DNA of 64,000 bases from Lama guanicoe (lineage: Eukaryota). The stretch covers positions 1,383,058 through 1,447,057 of the forward strand of contig MU053487.1 of assembly GCA_013239625.1 (NCBI GenBank), written 5' to 3'. The notes under the pieces are model-generated. The model worked only from the letters and a program-made list of their open reading frames with translations, made no database searches and was not told where the DNA came from. Below, in pieces: positions 1 to 12,600 of the stretch; the first letter of the stretch is position 1; every line of letters starts with the position of its first letter. The translations under genes were made by a program, and so were the position numbers.

Positions 1-1487
1 TGTGTGATAAACTGTATGGTCATCCTGCCTACCCGGTGGGTCACCCTACCTATGCTGCTCACGTGTACATGTACATTGTTCTAATGACTATCCTATGGTA
101 TTACAGTGTATTGCTTTTCTCTCTCCCTATCAGTGGCAATTTCTTTTTTGTAATTTGCCATGTTTTCAGTGAGTATTCACTGAGTGACTATATGACTCAT
201 TGATAAAAATAGCTGATTTCTATACGTTGGTAAAGTGAAAAGTGAACATGGCCAACCAATATGGGAGAAGGATTGCCTTGACACATCAGGAAGCTGGGTG
301 GGGAGAGCTTAGTCCAGAGGTGCAAACACAAGTGACCACCATAGGCATCCAGAAGAAGCATTCATTAGCTAAATGCATTCTAACCCAGGAAATTAAATAT
401 CTCTTAGACACTCCAGGTTATGCTCAGTAAAATTAATGATCCATCGATAGCCATTCATCTATCTGTTTTCAAAAATAGATAATTATACCATCAAGTTCAG
501 GTCAAGTAGCTTGTTAAGTAGAGTTTATCTGGGGTGGAAGTGTGGAAGAACGGGAAAACCATCCATCACTTGAAGCTATATTAAGAAAGTTAAGCTCTGG
601 CTGCAGGTGTGTGCTTCATCAGCACGATTGCATACTTTTCTTAACATTTTTAGCTTCAAAGACTCTTAATGGAAACCCAATATGTGTTTATTGCTGACAC
701 CTGTTAAAAATCTTGCTTATACAGTGCATGGATCTCTCTCCAAAGCCAATAGTCCTACATTGTTTGTTTCCTAATTAGCACAGACAGTATATGAAAAATG
801 CAAGAGACATCTGCTAGGTGAAGAGGCCTATCAGTTTTAATTGATTTTTTTATTGTCCTGAACGGTCCAGAGGTACTGATGGTTTTGACTTGTCTTGTAG
901 ATTCCTTTAATGAGCACATTTTCCTGGTGCATTTAACATAACAGTAATTTAGAGGGTTTTTTTTTTTTAACAACTTCTAGGTTCATCTTACATAGTAAAT
1001 GGTGGCAGAATTGAATAGTAGCAATCATACTCTTTTCTGCAGTAACCTAGAGTTTGAAATTAAGTCAAGCGATGTCATTAGTGTCCTGATATCAGAAGTG
1101 TATAAGCTACGTAATATAGAAAACTGGTTACCAAATGCTCAATTGACTCTGAAGACCTTTATGCAAATATAGCACAATGGACACAGGCAGGATCCCTGGA
1201 TAACTTCACAACTCCTCCCAGGTGTTTAGCCAGGCCAAGATTCCAACTGATATTATAAACTGGTTTTCCATACAGGGCACCACTTAATTATCCCACAGGC
1301 CTAAGCCCCTAGAGGTTTCTTTGGATTTTTTTTCTCCTTTTGCAAGTTACCTTGAGTAGTCATTTAGAAACTTTATCTTTTCCACTTATGGACAGAAAAC
1401 TACCTTTTTTGGTCTGCATATACTACATAGAGAAGTTATAATTATTGGTCAAGTTCTGGCAATTTTGGAATGTTCTATGCACAAGTT

Positions 1488-1572
1488 ATTGTTTGACTTT
1501 CTGGACTGGTTGCTACAGACAATAGTTTGACTTGCTGAATTGGTAACTGCAGACAGTAGGTTGGATTTCTGG
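1488..1572. repeat. Degenerate 34-bp tandem repeat (~2.5 units)
   Basis: attgtttgactttctggactggttgctacagaca (1488-1521) / atagtttgacttgctgaattggtaactgcagaca (1522-1555) / gtaggttggatttctgg (partial). Confidence 0.7.
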
Positions 1573-2807
1573 GTTTAAGAGTTTAAAGAAGGGGGTCGTA
1601 ACATTTGATAATTCTGTGCTGGTTTATTTACCTGTTATTTTTCATCCCCATACCCAACTCTATAGCCCACTCTTTTCTGCTGGGACTAGAAGCTCTCAAG
1701 CTATATGTTCCTTATTTCCTTGCCTGCTGATTTCATGTGAGTTTCTTTCAATAGGAAGCTTGCATGAGAGATCAGAATATAGGAGGTAAAATAATGAACA
1801 ACAACAAAAAAACAGCTTCCTGCTCTTGGCATCAGTCGGATAGCAGTTACTTGTAATCACAGGGACAGCATAGACAAAGATTGTTCCTGGACTCTAGCAG
1901 CCTGAGAAGAGGTGATACTTTTCTGGAAGGTTTTTTTTAAAAAAGGCATCTTCAGTTCCACAGCAGCAGGTGAAGACTTTTAGACTTGCAGAGGTATCAG
2001 GCTTTTGATGTTCAGGAATCATCCCTTTTTCCAGTCCTCTCCCTTACTTTTTTGACCTAACTCTTCCTAATCTCTATCTCGATTTCTTTCTGTGGTTATA
2101 TATATCTCCTTATTTCCTTATGCTGATTTCATGTCAGTCTCCATATACATATGGAGAGAGAGAAAGACAAAGAGAGAATTTACTTCTATGTAAAAGATTC
2201 TACCCGATATACTTACAGGTAATTCTCTGGGGCAGATGTTAAGATTTTTAAAATAAGCCTTTAATTTCACTTAATATAAATAGAGTTTATTAATATCAGA
2301 TATTTATTATGACTCAATAATGATTGAACTCAATCTTGTCAACAGTGTATGGCCCAAGTAGCCAGGTCACTGAAAAATTTTAACTCTTTATCTCTACTTC
2401 TGTGATGAAAATCATTGTCTGTTTCAGGTTTTTCAGATACCTCACAGAGAAATTCTTCTGTTGATTTTCCTAAAGTCTTGCTGGTCCACAAACAACCACA
2501 CTTGTTCAGCAAAGCAATCCATAAGATATACTTGGCTACTCCGGAAAACAAAAGGTGGTCTCCTTTGTTTTTTGATGATTCTCCTTGTTAATGAACCAAA
2601 TACAATTTTAGGAGATAAGGATTTGTGCTGTTACATCAGCATTCTTTTAAAGCCCCATTTATACAGCACGAGGATTCTCTCTGAAAGAAATGTGCCATGT
2701 GAAGAAATGTAGGTTTTCTAGTTGCCTTTTCTTTCAAATCTATCTTTCATGCTTTGAAAGAAAGCCAAAAAAAGAAAAATCCTATCTCTCCCTCTAGTTC
2801 TCGCTCT

Positions 2808-2810
<3 letters not shown>

Positions 2811-2857
<47 letters not shown>
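2811..2857. repeat. (AC)n microsatellite, ~23 units
   Basis: Uninterrupted acacac run; source of the HTHTHT spurious ORF 2754-2990. Confidence 0.98.
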
Positions 2858-2859
<2 letters not shown>

Positions 2860-3545
2860 CTTACCTCATTTCACACATTACACAAGGCTTTTTTTTGTAT
2901 TTAGTAGGTTTTCCTGATTTTATTTTCATCAGAATATACATCCAGGTTTCAATTCCAATAAGATTGAAACAAGGTGTGGGTAGAACGTAAGATGGCAAGT
3001 TTTTGCAGTAATCTTTTCATTAATAGAATCCAATCCCCGCATGTGTTGTCTTAGGAATAAAGCTGGTGTGACAGCAAAAGTGAAAACAACTCATTTCTTT
3101 TCAGCCTAATCGACTTAGGGAAAGCAATAATCCTTTGCTAATTTCTTCCATCAGAGCAAGCATATGTTATAAAGAATCACATTTAGAACAAAAATAAGCT
3201 ACATTAAGTACCAAGAAGTAAAACAGAATGGTTTGCTTTCTGAGCATTATCAGGTTTTCAAGGTTCAAAGAAAAGATCTTTTTGTATGGGGCTATGTGAA
3301 CTCTTTTTTAAACAAAGACCACAAACGCTTGAGAGATTTCAACCATGCTATTTCAGATTATTTCAGTGTGATACTGACTTCATCCCTTACTGACTGTGTT
3401 GTTTCAAAATTAAAATCTAAGTCAAGGCAATTTGAGTTGCCAAAAAAAAAAATTGTGGAAAAGTTTGTTTCAAGTGAAAGAAATATGTCACATTGTGTCA
3501 GCTGGCTTCTCCTGCAAAGCAAACCATCCCCAAACATAGTGCCTT

Positions 3546-3896
3546 TGTCTTAGCCTGCTCAGGCTGCTGTATCAGAACATACCTTAGACTGGGTGGCTTA
3601 AATGAGAGGCATTTAATTTTCATAGTTCTGGAAGCTGAAAGTCCAAGGTGCCAACAGATTCAGTGTTTGGTGAGAGCCTACTTCCTGGTTCATAGGTGGC
3701 ATCTCCTTTCTGTGTCCTCACGTGGTAAAAGGACCAAGGAACTCTCTGGGATTTCTTTTTTAAGGGCAGTAATTCCATTCATGAGGGCCTCATGACCTAA
3801 TCACCTCCCAGTGCCCCTACCTCCAGATATTCTCAAATTGGAAATTAGGTTTCAACAAATGAATTTCAGGGGAACACACACATTCAGTCTATATAA
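3546..3896 (-). mobile_element. MaLR solo LTR (MLT1A-like)
   Basis: Starts tgtcttagcctgctcaggctgctgta, contains catgacctaatcacctccca and ends gaatttcaggggaacacacacattcagtct, matching the recalled reverse-complement MLT1A consensus. Confidence 0.85.
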
Positions 3897-3924
3897 CCTT
3901 AAAACAAGAAATATTTATAGAGAT

Positions 3925-4335
3925 CAGAAGTCAGCCAATTATGGTTCATTGGCCAGATCTGACCAGTAGCCAGTTTTAGTACAAATCATGAGGTAGGAAT
4001 GATTTTCACTTTTTTTTTTTAATTGAAGTATAGTCAGTTTACAATGTTGTGTCAATTTCTGATGTACAGCATAATGTCTCAGTCATACGTACATTTATCC
4101 ATTTTCATATTCTTTATCATCATAGGTTACTGTAAGATATTGAATATAGTTCCCTGTGCTATCCAGTGTAAACTTGTTGTTTATCTATTTTATATATAAT
4201 TGTATCTGGAAATCTCTAACTCCCAATTTTAAAAGATTAGAAACAGAGAAGAATATGAAAGAGAGACGACATATGACTCTCAAAGCCTAAGTTATTTATT
4301 ATCTGGCCCTTTCCAGAAAAACTGTGCCATCTCTG
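3925..4335. mobile_element. MER58-like hAT-Charlie non-autonomous DNA transposon, split by an L1 3' end
   Basis: Left part ggccagatctgaccag...aggaatgattttcac; right part gaagaatatg...caaagcctaagttatttattatctggccctttccagaaaaactgtgcc. Confidence 0.7.
4010..4230 (-). mobile_element. Short L1 3'UTR fragment (young lineage)
   Basis: Poly-T then aattgaagtatagtcagtttacaatgttgtgtcaatttctg...ttccctgtgctat; homologous to the reverse complement of 49020-49210. Confidence 0.9.
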
Positions 4336-4344
4336 AGTTGGCAC

Positions 4345-4700
4345 ACACTTCTGTTGGTCAGAAACTTGCACTGGTCTCAGCACTGTGGTACTCTTGATTT
4401 TTACTAGGCTTCGTCACACATCCAAGGTTGGCTGCCTGTCAGTTCCGTGGCTCTGTGTCTGGGGACTACTAGCTGTTGACTGGGAGGCTGGTGGTAACGT
4501 GGCTACGTGTCCCTTATCATCTGTTAAGTGACCCAGACTTGTTCCCATAGTGGCTGGCAGAGCTCCAGGGAGTGCAGAAGTACACAAGGCCACTTGGAAC
4601 TGTCCCAGCCTGACTTTCTTCACATTCTCTAGACGAAAGTAAGTCACCAGACCAAAGAGCGGGGGATGTGTAGCCATCTTTGCAGACCGCCCCCTACAGA
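4345..4700 (-). mobile_element. Old MaLR LTR fragment (MLT1-type)
   Basis: tctgttggtcagaaacttg...cacattctctagacgaaagtaagtcac resembles MLT1 cacattctattggtcaaagcaagtcac. Confidence 0.55.
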
Positions 4701-5762
4701 AACCAAGGGCGTCAAGAGCAGTGGGCCTTAACCTGGATCTGCAGTGAGGAAGAGGAGTGCTCTCAGCACAGTTGCCTCTGCCTTAAGGCTCTCTTGCTTT
4801 CAGATTCCTCTTTTTTGCTTTCTCTGTCTTGGTCCTTTGTCTCTGGAGTGGTCTCCATGCCTGATTCACCCTTAGCCTTCTCAGGCCAAATTTCTCTGCT
4901 TCTCTTTACATAGTTGCCAAGTGCTTGTTCCAGATTGAACACCATCAGCTCATACAGTGCTTCTGGGGGAGTTAAGAAAAGGTGTCCTTTTTTTCTATTA
5001 AGCACACTTGGCGAGTGAAATCGAGGCTGAATTTCAGACACAGATGCACAGGATAAACCTGCAGTTGTTTTCAGGAGCCCTGGTCCCAGCCTGTTTCCAG
5101 ATCTCTATGTCTGCTCACTTTGAGTATCAACTGAGATGAACTCCGGAGAGAATCTGATTGTGTCTTGTTTCGAGTAGCTATTTCCAGTCCAATTATTTGA
5201 GGCTCACAGGGTGACAAGTAGCATCTGGGTCCCCTCAACTACCTCCTCTGGAAGAGGGCATCAGCACAAGCTCTGAGAAACAGGACTGGTTAGATTTTTA
5301 AAAGGGAATGTAAAGAGGAAGTGAGGAAAAAAGAAAGGCTTGGGCTAATGAGTATATTTTTCTGATGAAAATTGGAAAAACACTGAGTTTTATTTTCTAT
5401 TTACCTAGAGATTGTAAATGACGTGATAACACATTCCTATCTCTGCTGTATACTCTATATGTTATTATATCAAAATAATATATGCCATGCTTAGTCTAGA
5501 ATAAGCCTGATTAAAGAAAAAAGTTTTGCTTCCATAACTTTCTCATCAGTGTACCTGAATATTGGTGTAAAATTTTATATGAGTCTTCTCAATTTATGTA
5601 TCATTACATCAATGTCTGGAGGAATATACTGGGAAATATAATAAAATAACACAAAGATGAGCTAAATGTTACAAGACATATCACTTTGCAATGAAAACTG
5701 TGTAAAATTTACTAGACAGTTTACTCAAGCATAATTTCACATAATGAAAACATACTGTAAGA

Positions 5763-7104
5763 GGGGAGGGGAAGCAAGATGGCAGAGTAGAAGGACGCTT
5801 GTAGCTCACCCTCTCCCACAAATACACCAAAACTCACATCTACGGACCTACTCAGCCAACCAGAGCACCTGCCGAACTCCGACAGAACATCACCCTCTTC
5901 AAAAGACAAAGATGCCAAAAATCTGGTAGGAGAAAAGTGAAAAAGAAAGAAGAAAAAGCAAAATAGTATGAGACCGGTCCTCGGGGAGGGAGTGGCAAAG
6001 GAGGACTGGCGCTCGTTTGCTGGAGCTCCCCTCTCCAATGGAGAGGCTAGCAGGTCGGAGGGGGAGCCTCCGAGGCTCAGATGTGCCCCAAGCACTCCTT
6101 GACTGACAGAACTGAGTTAAATGGGCACAAAGGGTCCCCGCGACACCCAGTCTGAGATGTGAGCTGGCAGCTGGGGCTGGGACAGGCTGCCCAAGCTGGG
6201 CGGAGGATGGGGACAGCTGCACTGAGGCAGCCCTGGGGGACTGCAGGGAGCTGCGCACCATGGCTGGGAGGGGACACGGAGCAGAACAACCTCGGCCCCC
6301 CATAAAATGTGAAAAAAGCAAAGCAACACAGCTGGTGTGCCCTGGGGGGAGGAGCGCCGTAGCCTTTGTCTCCTTAGACCCACACTGCCATTACTGGCAC
6401 TTCTGGCGATAAGAGAGGCACGATGCAGCCACAGCCACCATATCCTCCTGTGCACAGCACCCCGGTTGGGGAGGGGCCGAGACCTGAATCCGCACCCGGG
6501 GGCTCCGCAACCTTCTGGGCAGGACTGAGATTTGTTTACAGCCCGAGGCAGATAGGATCTTTCTGCCCTGGCATCTCAGAGAATTTGCGCCACCAAGACA
6601 AACAAGGAGCTGAGATTTGGCACAGAGCAGAGGCAGGGCCATTCTGTGGTCTTCCCCAAGCCCGCCTTCGGAGCGTCAACCTGAGGCAGAACAGACAGCT
6701 GCACAGAGCAGCGGAGCAACCAGTGCCCAGAAAGGGCAGGCGGCCACCCTCCTTCCTGGCAGGAATGAAGCACCTGACCACAGTGCTGGGAGGGGGCACA
6801 ATCCGCCCACCTGTCTCCCTCCAGCACAGCATCTGACTGCAGCATTGGGAAGGGGAGTGACAGGCCCGCCCACCAGATAAGAACTCAGCTCCTGACCCAG
6901 TGTTAGGAAGGGGCAGGATCCTCTAGCCAACAGCCACTCGGAGCAGCACAAACAAGGGTGCCAACATAGGGCCTCTGGAAACAGCAAGCTGAGTTCATGA
7001 AACAGGGCAAAGACACAAAGACCTCTCGATAAAATCATTAAGAGCACACCGTCTCCAGGAGAACTCAATAACTGATACTCTTTAAGCCACAGTGCCAGAG
7101 AGAT
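5763..7104 (+). promoter_or_regulatory. L1 5'UTR internal Pol II promoter with YY1-type site
   Basis: CAAGATGGC at 5775-5783 at the position of the L1 YY1 site; the only long GC/CpG-rich stretch in the window. Confidence 0.75.
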
Positions 7105-7999
7105 ATGAGCAATATGAAGAAGCAGAGGAACCACTCCCAATTAAAAGATCAAGAGAAATCCCCTGAAAGCATGATCAAAGAAGTAGACATCGACGGCCTA
7201 CTAGATCAAGATTTCAAAAACGGAGTGATCAAAGTACTGAAGGAACTAAAAGAAATAGTGTTTAGAGATATAAAATATGTCAAAAATGAAATAGAAGCTA
7301 TAAAGAAGAACCAAGTAGAATTAGTAAACTCATTGGCTGAGATGAGAGCTGACCTAAAGGCTGTACAAAGCAGGCTAGATAATGCAGAGGGAGGAATAAG
7401 TGACCAAGAAGACAGGACAACAGAAAGCACCCAATCAGAACAGCTGAGAGAAAAACAAATAAAAAACAAAACAATATAAGGGACCTATGGAACAATATAA
7501 AACGTGTCAATCTACACATTATAGGGGTTCCAGAAGGGTAGAAAGAACAAAGGGAATTGAAAAGGTATTTGAAGAAATCATGACTGAAAACTTCCCAAAC
7601 CTGAAGGAATCAGATATCCAAGCTCAGGAGGCTCAGAAGGTACCAAACAGGAGGAACCCAAACAGACCCACACCAAGGCATATCATAATCAAGATGGCCA
7701 GAGTCAAGAATAAAGAAGTGATCCCAAAGGCAGCAAAAGGACAACAAACAGCGAGTTACAAGGGAACCCCCATAAGGCTCTCAGCTGATTTCTCTACACA
7801 AACACTACAGGCCAGAAGGGAGTGGCAAGATATATTCAAAGTCCTGAATGAAAAGAAGATGCAGCCTAGGATACTCTATCCAGCAAGGCTATCCTTTAGA
7901 CTAGAAGGAGAGATAAAGAACTTCACAGACAAGCAAAAACTAAAAGAGTTTAGCAACACTAAACCCATGCTAAAAGAAATATTCACTGGTCTACTCTAA
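7105..7999 (+). pseudogene. L1 ORF1p (coiled coil, RRM, CTD), frameshifted
   Basis: N-part MSNMKKQRNHSQLK...SRLDNAE; C-part ENFPNL..RPTPRHIIIKM..YKGTPIRLSADFS..ARREWQDIFKVL..PRILYPARLSF; frame changes near 7470 and 7540. Confidence 0.92.
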
Positions 8000-9464
8000 A
8001 TAGAAAAGAAGCAGGATGCTACAAAAATGAGAAACTCATAACTGGAAAGGACATAACTGCCATGAATTACAAAAAGAATAAACACAAAATTGTAAAAGAA
8101 GACATCTAAATCATTAAGAGTGGGAGAGGGAAGCAAGGAAAGCCACTATGGAAAACAGTATTGAGATTCCTCAAAAGACTAGGAATAGACTTACCACATG
8201 ACCCAGGAATCCTGCTCCTGGGCATATATCCAGAAGGAACCCTACTTCAAAATGACACCTGCACCCCAATGTTCATAGCAGCACTATTTACAATAGCCAA
8301 GACATGGAAACAGCCTAAATGTCCATCAACAGATGACTGGATAAAGAAGCTGTGGTATATTTATACAATGGAATACTATTCAGCCACAAAAACCAACAAC
8401 ATAACGCCATTTGCAGCAACATGGATGTTCCTGGAGAACTTCTAAGTGAAGTAAGCCAGAAAGAGAAAGGAAAATACCATATGAGATCGCTTATGTGAGG
8501 AATCTTAAAAAAAAAAAAAACAAATACAAAAGAGAAATAGACTCATAGACATAGAATACAAACTTGTGGTTGCCAAGGAGGTAGGGGGTGTGAAGGGGCA
8601 GACTGGGATTTTAAAATGCAGAATAGATAATCAAGATTATATGTATAGCACAGAGAAAAATATACAAGATATTGTGGTAGCTCATAGAGAAAAAAAATGT
8701 GACAATGAATATATATATTTTCATGTATGACTGAAAAATTGTGCTCTACACTAGGATTTGACACGACATTGTAAAATAATTATTACTCAATAAAAAATGT
8801 AAAATAAAAAAAGGTTTTTTTAATTTTTAAAAAGTGACTTTTTTGAAATAGAATCACAATGCAAATGAAAAAAAAAACATACTATAAGATCTGCTGTGAG
8901 TTTTCAACTGATGAAAACATTGAACGGGTTCTTAGTAGGAAGACAGGCGATCTACCTAGTACAGATTTTCTTTTATCTCTCCAAATTCTGTCGGTACTCT
9001 TCTGAGTGATCTGTGCTCTGTTTATCCCCTTCCTGCTGGTGCTGAGAGGTCAGTATCCAGCTGCTCTTAAGCTCTCCAATTCCAATTGTCACACATGACT
9101 ATCTTCAGGTTCTAAATGTATTATTAAACCACAGTGTGTAGCTTTAAACTACAAACAGTATGTATTTAGGGAATCTTGTTTCTGCAAAACACCAGGCACG
9201 CCCTCTCATTCTGTTTGCTCAGCATTGTCTAGCTTGTTGGGGTAGAGGAAAGGAGAGACTGTACTTGGTTATCTCTTCAGCCAAGAAGGTCAAGAGCTCC
9301 TCCAGACCAATTGCTGTGGTTTTGTACCCTCTACCTATGGTAGCAAAATCTCAGCGATCTTACTCTCACAGCGTTCCACGGCCTGCGTTGCATAGACCGG
9401 ACCCATTTTCATTTTCCTGTGTCCTTTATAAGTTTTTCAAACTACTTTAAGGGTATGCTGAAGG

Positions 9465-9665
9465 GTGAGGGTTTTTTGGCAAACAGACCTGAAACTTTGG
9501 ATCCCAGTTCTGTGACTTATACAGCTGGGTAAAGTATAAATAAGACACTTATGTGCTCTAAATCTCCAACGCCACATCTGCGAAATAGAAGTAAAATATG
9601 TGTCCCATAATGCTGTTGGGAAGATTAGAACAATTTTAAATTACTGGAAAGTACTTCATTGCACA
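9465..9665 (+). mobile_element. MIR SINE
   Basis: cagacctg...atcccagttctgtgactta...cacatctgcgaaatag...gctgttgggaagattag resembles MIR core. Confidence 0.6.
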
Positions 9666-12600
9666 TTTTAAAGTCTGTATCAGAGAAATCCTTTTCCTTT
9701 TTCCCTTTAACATTTTCCCAGTGGTTAACCAGAGACTCTGCAGCTAACAGACAAGGCATGAACATTTTGATACTATATAAGGGATTAACCTCTCCTTAAA
9801 TGCTGCATCTTTATGAATCAACCACCTGTAAATGAAGCCCAACACATCTGACCCCACCATTTATTTTTTCTCCGATTACAGGTTACAAAGCATCCAAAGG
9901 CAGGCAGCCCAGGATTAGTGCAGAGGCTTCCATGAAGCTCTTTGGCATGTCTGCTCTGCCATCTTTAGCTCTTGGTCACAGAGTGGCTGTGCAACTTCTG
10001 GGCATTGTGTCTGCATTCTAGGTTAGAGGAACCAATGTCAACAGAACCTGTCATTATGTATGTGCATGAAATAGCCTTCTTGCATGTCCAGGCCAGTCAC
10101 CTTCTGCTCAAGTCTCATGACCATGCCTATACAATTTTTTGTGTGTTGTCTCTTTTTTAAGGTGATCACACTGCCTTACCAAATAATGTTGGAATTCTGT
10201 TAGCAAAAGGGAAATGGAAAGTGGTTATGAGTAGGTAACTAGCAGTTTTTGGACACAGATGCCTACAGACTCAAAGTCAACTTGTCCAGAAACATATATC
10301 TCACCGATCTTCTGATGAAGCTGTAATTATGACATTCTCCAAGTAGAATAGTTCATACTCTGGTAAATACAGTGATGAGTCAAGTTCTGCTCAGGGATTG
10401 GGTTGTGAGGGAAAGATATGGATCATCTCTGTGGAAGGGATGGTGTTCCCTTAAAAAAACAAACACAATAGGACAGCTCCCACACTGTAGATGTAGAACT
10501 AGGAAGTATGATGGGATATCAAGGCTAAGAACTAAAACACAGCTACAAAGGAAACTGAGATGGTCTTAAGTTTTGGGGCGTGTTTCCCCCTTAAACTGCA
10601 AGGAGGGTCAGAACAGATTTACTATTTAAACCAACCTGTGTATCAGTAAAGTATTAAGTCTTTGCAGAGCCTGATATGATGGTGTGAGGAATAACGTCAT
10701 GAGACAGCGAAAAGAACGTTGGTCCCTTACAAGTCTTCCCCACTTCCTGACACTTGGGATGAATTAGCAGTTCCTTCTCTCAAAGGAATTGCTCGTTGTA
10801 ACTCCAAGAAGTGTCTGGTGGCAAAGTAAGAGGTGGCTCCCAAGAAGAATGATCATAAGGAGCTTGCAGGGGGTGGACTGCAGCTAGGTAGACAGAGTTG
10901 AGACAGGCTCCCTCTTTCCCAGGATATGCTAGAAGGTATTTCTTGATTAGATGGAAGCTGATGATGGGATACAGGAGTTACGAGGTCTTAGAAAGAGTCA
11001 AGATCTGGATATCAGACCCTACATTGCCATCAGTAGGAAGATGACCTCATTTCTCCTGGTCACAGTGTCCACTTCTGCTGAATCAAGGCATTATACCAGA
11101 TTGGCCCCAAGTTCCTTACCTCATTTTTTTTTCCTAGTAGTTTAAAGTTTAATATAGATCTGGCAAGACTGGAGAGAGTCCAAAATGCTGGCAGGGTATG
11201 GGATGAGCTGCAGACCACCTGCGCCAGGTTGCTCTCCATTGTGGTTTTGAATTGGTTCATCTGGCAGCAGGAGAGAACTTCATCTTTGTGCATGTGCACA
11301 AGAAGTGATGGTACCAAATAGATCATCATCAAGTAAGTGTCCTTCTGTTTCCCAGTGGAGACTCTGTTTCATTCATTCTCTAACTGTGTGTCAGAAGATA
11401 CTCTAGACAAAGCCATGTAGACACAGACTGCTAGAGAAGGCTGGCTGGGATATCATTAGCTATAGTATACATCATAGAAAAATTGCCATCAAGATTTTAT
11501 TGAAGTGCATATGAAGGAAAATTATGTTTATCTGGAGAATTAAGATGTCCTTGGGAAGGTGGCCTTTGAACTGAGCTTTAAAATATATGTAGGGGTTTCA
11601 TGGGTACAGAAGGTGGGTGGTGCATTCCGAGTTGAGAGAAGAATGATTGAAAAGCATGGAATTATTTATGATTTGAAAGATTAAAACAGACAGGTGCAGT
11701 GCCAGATACATAGTTTTAACTGGGAAAACACTTACAGGTAACTGTCCTTTTTCCTTCCTTCCCTCCTCTTTTCCCCTTCCTTTGGTTTCTTTTTTAAGAT
11801 AGAAGTAAGCTGATTCAAGGAAGGAGAAGGAATTTAATCTAAAATCCCATTGCTCATTAGCAGCAATTAGAAATTGTGCTGATTCTTGACTTCCAGGCTT
11901 CCACTAAAAAAAAAAAAGAGAGAGAGAGATGGAGTTGATCATGAAGCAACTTGAATTCTACAGCAAACAATGAGATTTACTACTGTAGAGAGTCAGGAGC
12001 CAAAGGAATAGCACAACCTGGCTTGGGGTTTAAAAAGATAATTCCAGAACTCATGAGAAGTATATGACTACAGCTGTGGTAATTATCTGGGCAGGATCTA
12101 AGGAGTATCACTGAGAAGGGATGGGAGAGGTTGGACACCAACACAATCAAGAAAATTGCCTAAAGAGCTGAATGCCCCATTCATGGGACCTGCAAAGCTT
12201 TCCCACAATAATTCACCCGCTATAGGTCTAGTTGTCTATGTGACTCTGCAGTGATGTGGGCGTCACTATGTAAGATCCTAAGAGTGTAGAAAGTAGAGCA
12301 TGTTTCCTCTTCAGTTTCCATTTATTGGAGAGAAAGTTGGCATACTGAGAGAGTGGTCTTGTTAAATACCGTTTCTTTGTGTTATTTTGATAGAACACAG
12401 ACTGGGTAAGATGAACCTGCGGCTATTGTTTCCACTGATACACATGATCGGACAACCCAGCCCCAGCCTCTGCTGAGTGGTTTAATTATTCCCTACCTTC
12501 CCTCCCTACTGTCAGATATATCAACCTTTCCGATTCTGCTATCATCCCCATCAAGCCAAACCTGTTTCAGTTTCTCGTAAGCGTTATCTCAGAAAATTGA

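Larger units (their letters stand above)
5763..8873 (+). mobile_element. L1 with complete 5'UTR and ORF1 but ORF2 almost entirely absent; TSD-bounded
   Basis: Starts ggggaggggaagcaagatggc; GC/CpG-rich 5'UTR; ORF1 7105-7999; jump at ~8141 to ORF2 C-terminal tail ([16 protein letters not shown]); 3'UTR with aataaa 8789-8794; TSD aaaacatactgtaaga (5747-5762) / aaaacatactataaga (8874-8889). Confidence 0.93.

Noticed and set aside
1488..1572. 34-bp repeats as a CRISPR-like array
   Set aside because: Head-to-tail degenerate units with no spacers, in mammalian DNA.
2428..2554. Possible coding exon (tttcAG...aag|GTggtc; FSDTSQRNSSVDFPKVLLVHKQPHLF...)
   Set aside because: Weak donor, no recognisable protein similarity and no partner exons.
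4610..4644. Apparent 6-nt microexon: ctgac..tttcttcacattctctAG|acgaaa|GTAAGT
   Set aside because: Lies within an MLT1-type LTR segment whose consensus already resembles this string; no upstream UGC motif typical of neural microexons and no host gene context.
5721..7140. Many overlapping 60-154 aa ORFs on both strands, including possible ORF0-like antisense ORFs
   Set aside because: Expected in the GC-rich, stop-poor L1 5'UTR; no recognisable protein features.
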